Source: Octopus bimaculoides (lineage: Eukaryota). Taken from it: 35,588 nt of DNA. Every line of letters starts with the position of its first letter. The first letter of the stretch is position 1. A program made the translations under genes and the position numbers. The stretch covers positions 5,905,555 to 5,941,142 of the forward strand of contig NC_069006.1 in assembly GCF_001194135.2 (NCBI RefSeq). Reading direction: 5' to 3'. The notes beneath the pieces were generated by a model. It was not told the origin of the DNA. It made no database searches and saw only the letters and a list, made by a program, of their open reading frames with translations. Of the stretch, positions 33,414 to 35,588 are shown in pieces.

Positions 33414-33637
33414 AGGTGGTAATCTGGCAGATTCGTTAGCATGCCAGGTGAAATGCTTAGCATTTTTTCAGTTTTTACATTCTGAGTTCAAACTCCTCCA
33501 GGGTTGACTTTGCCTTTCATTCATTTGGAGTTGATAAAATAAGTACCAGTCAAGCACTGGGGTTGATGTAATTGACTTGTACCCTTCTCTGAAAATGCTG
33601 GCCTTGTGCCAAAATTATCATTATTATTATTATTATT
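33414..33637 (+). mobile_element. SINE family D, (TTA)n tail
   Basis: ggtggtaatctggcagattcgttagcatgcc...ctgagttcaaactcc...aagtaccagtcaagcactggggttgatgtaattgac...ggccttgtgccaaaa. A 3' piece also occurs at about 7578-7680. Confidence 0.75.
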
Positions 33638-34001
33638 ACCTCTGCCTTAGCAAAGGCAGAGGTATTGTTGTCAGTCCTGTTTGTTTGTGTGTTTGTCTGC
33701 AGACAAGATATCTCAAGAACTATTGGATGGATTTCGATGAAACTTTCAGGGATGTTTGGCCTCGTGACTGGTATGAGCTGATTAGAATTTGGGATTGATC
33801 TGGTACCGGACCAGGATTCTGGATTATTTTTCCTGTTTTTTTACTTAATTTTTGAGAGCGGTCAGGTTCATTTTTAGTATTCTCATTTGTAAGAGCAGTC
33901 GAGTTTATTTCAGATATTCTCATTTTAAAAATCATCTCTAACTAATCGTTGAGAGGACGATGGTGTTGCCTTGGCAGAGGTTTGCGCTCTCTGAGTGCTC
34001 T
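33636..34001 (+). mobile_element. Helentron-associated / DINE-1-like non-autonomous rolling-circle element
   Basis: 5' hairpin tacctctgcctt-agca-aaggcagaggta (33637-33664), (TGTT/TGTC)n tract, 3' subterminal inverted copy ggcagaggt (33973-33981), short terminal hairpin gcgctc-tct-gagtgc, T-rich ends. Confidence 0.75.
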
Positions 34002-34054
34002 TATTATTATTATTATTTTTCTCAATAGTTTTATTAATTTCTCTCAATAGTGAA

Positions 34055-34240
34055 GGCACATGGCTTAGTATTTAGGTTACTTGGTTTGTAACCAGGTTGT
34101 GTGTTCGATTACCAGTGGCACCTTGTGTCCTTGAAACGGCACATGTATCTGTGTGGAGTGCTCAGCCACTTGAACATTAATTTCATGACCAGGCTGTTAT
34201 GTTGATCGGATCAACTGGAACCCTCGTTGCTGTAACGTAC
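34055..34240 (+). mobile_element. SINE family B, old internally deleted copy
   Basis: gcacatggcttagtatttagg...tctgtgtggagtgctcagccacttgaacattaatttcatgaccaggctgtt...ggatcaactggaaccctcg. Confidence 0.65.
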
Positions 34241-35400
34241 ATAGTATCAGTCTTACTGTTATTTTAGTGCCTTCACAGAATTGAAAAGATGTGAAAGTCC
34301 AAAAGTTGTTTCTCATAACTCAAGAGAAGCCATTTTCAATAGCATCTTTTTTGTCTTTTGTATTCTTTAAAACTTTCTCTGATATAAGATGAATCTTTTC
34401 TTTGTTTTTTTGTTATTAATTTAAAATTTAAATTTTGTGTCTACTTGGAATTGAAAAAACATTGTCAAAGAAAGAAATGTTTTGAACATGTGCATGTGTA
34501 CACACAGTCATGCACACATATAGTCTCTCTCTCTCTCTCTCATACATACACATGTAGATATATGAATGTATAGATGTGTTAGATATATAAATATATATCA
34601 ATACATGAGTATATATTAAGTCAATATAAACATACATGTAAATATACAGATATATGAATGTGTGTGTGTATATATATGTATATATATAATGGTTTTTCAA
34701 ATCTGTAACACTCCTTCCTCTAGCTAGAATATTTCATAATTGGCTAATTAGTAAATAAACTTTATCATTATTATCATCATATTTTTTCTTCCTTTCTTTC
34801 TTTATTTCTTTTGTGAAATTCTTTAGTGTAAAAAGCAAGGAATGGTGATTTAGCGCCATTAACATCTCTCTGAATAGAGTTGTTGATTTCCCCCCCTCTT
34901 CCCCTTGAAGAGTAGGTGTGGTGGATGATTTGTACCACAGTAGAGACAGAGTCAGAGACATTATACAATAGCAGTGCTTTCCAACCTGTGTTCTATGAAA
35001 ATAAATGTTGTCTTTGATATTTTACATTTTCAGATTAAATTTAACCATTTTGTTATTATTATACTTCTGTTGAAATACACTGCTTTCGTTTCACAATGAA
35101 GAATTTTGTAAAATAACTTTGCCATTATCAAATTGGTGTTTATTTATATAGCTGATATTTGGAACATAAATTAACACAGAATTCAATGGAAGGTTCTTGT
35201 TTAGATTACTTTAATCTTTTTGTTTGGCATATTTTTGTTGAAATATACTGCCTTTGTCTTAATTAATTTTGTAAAATAATGAAGAATTTGCTGTTGTCTA
35301 TTGAACTCCTAATTAATGTATAGCAAATACTGAAAGAACTGCATGAATTTTATGTGAACTTGTCTGGGTTTTTTTCTACATATTGCAATTAAAATAAACA

Positions 35401-35588
35401 GGGGTGTACGAGTGGCTGTGTGGTAAGTAGCTTGCTTACCAACCACATGGTTCCGGGTTCAGTCCCACTGCGTGGCATCTTGGGCAAGTGTCTTCTACTA
35501 TAGCCACAGGCCGACCAAAGCCTTGTGAGTGGATTTGATAGATGGAAACTGAAAGAGGTCTGTCATATATATGTATATATATATATAT
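35401..35588 (+). mobile_element. SINE family A, 5' half at window edge
   Basis: gagtggctgtgtggtaagtagcttgcttaccaaccacatggttccgggttcagtccc... Confidence 0.9.

Noticed and set aside
35033-35050. Possible next Dishevelled PDZ exon after ttttcag
   Set aside because: Phase-1 reading gives GAT TAA (stop) rather than the expected NFLGISIVGQ peptide; the next exon is presumably beyond the window.

Overview
AT-rich, microsatellite- and TE-dense eukaryotic scaffold with many N gaps. The repeat families resemble those I recognise from octopus (coleoid cephalopod) genomes; this is an inference, not a database result. The only supportable host gene is Dishevelled on the + strand. Four internal coding exons (10113-10195, 28964-29093, 30619-30712, 31878-31947) have canonical AG/GT ends and compatible phases. 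They join into [125 protein letters not shown], which covers the post-DIX linker, the basic region and the first PDZ strand. The DIX exons and the rest of PDZ/DEP were not found and lie outside the window or in gaps. Everything else is intron. It contains several tRNA-headed SINE families, RTE-type LINE 3' ends, a Penelope-like GIY-YIG fragment, a decayed Tc1, a deleted piggyBac-like element, TTAA-type and hAT-type MITEs, a Helentron-like non-autonomous element, a 120-bp-arm palindrome, and local tandem arrays. The most interesting observations are a minisatellite whose unit contains the Dishevelled 5' splice site, and three loci with hammerhead-ribozyme core motifs, one at the centre of the long palindrome. 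I found no convincing new multi-gene system.
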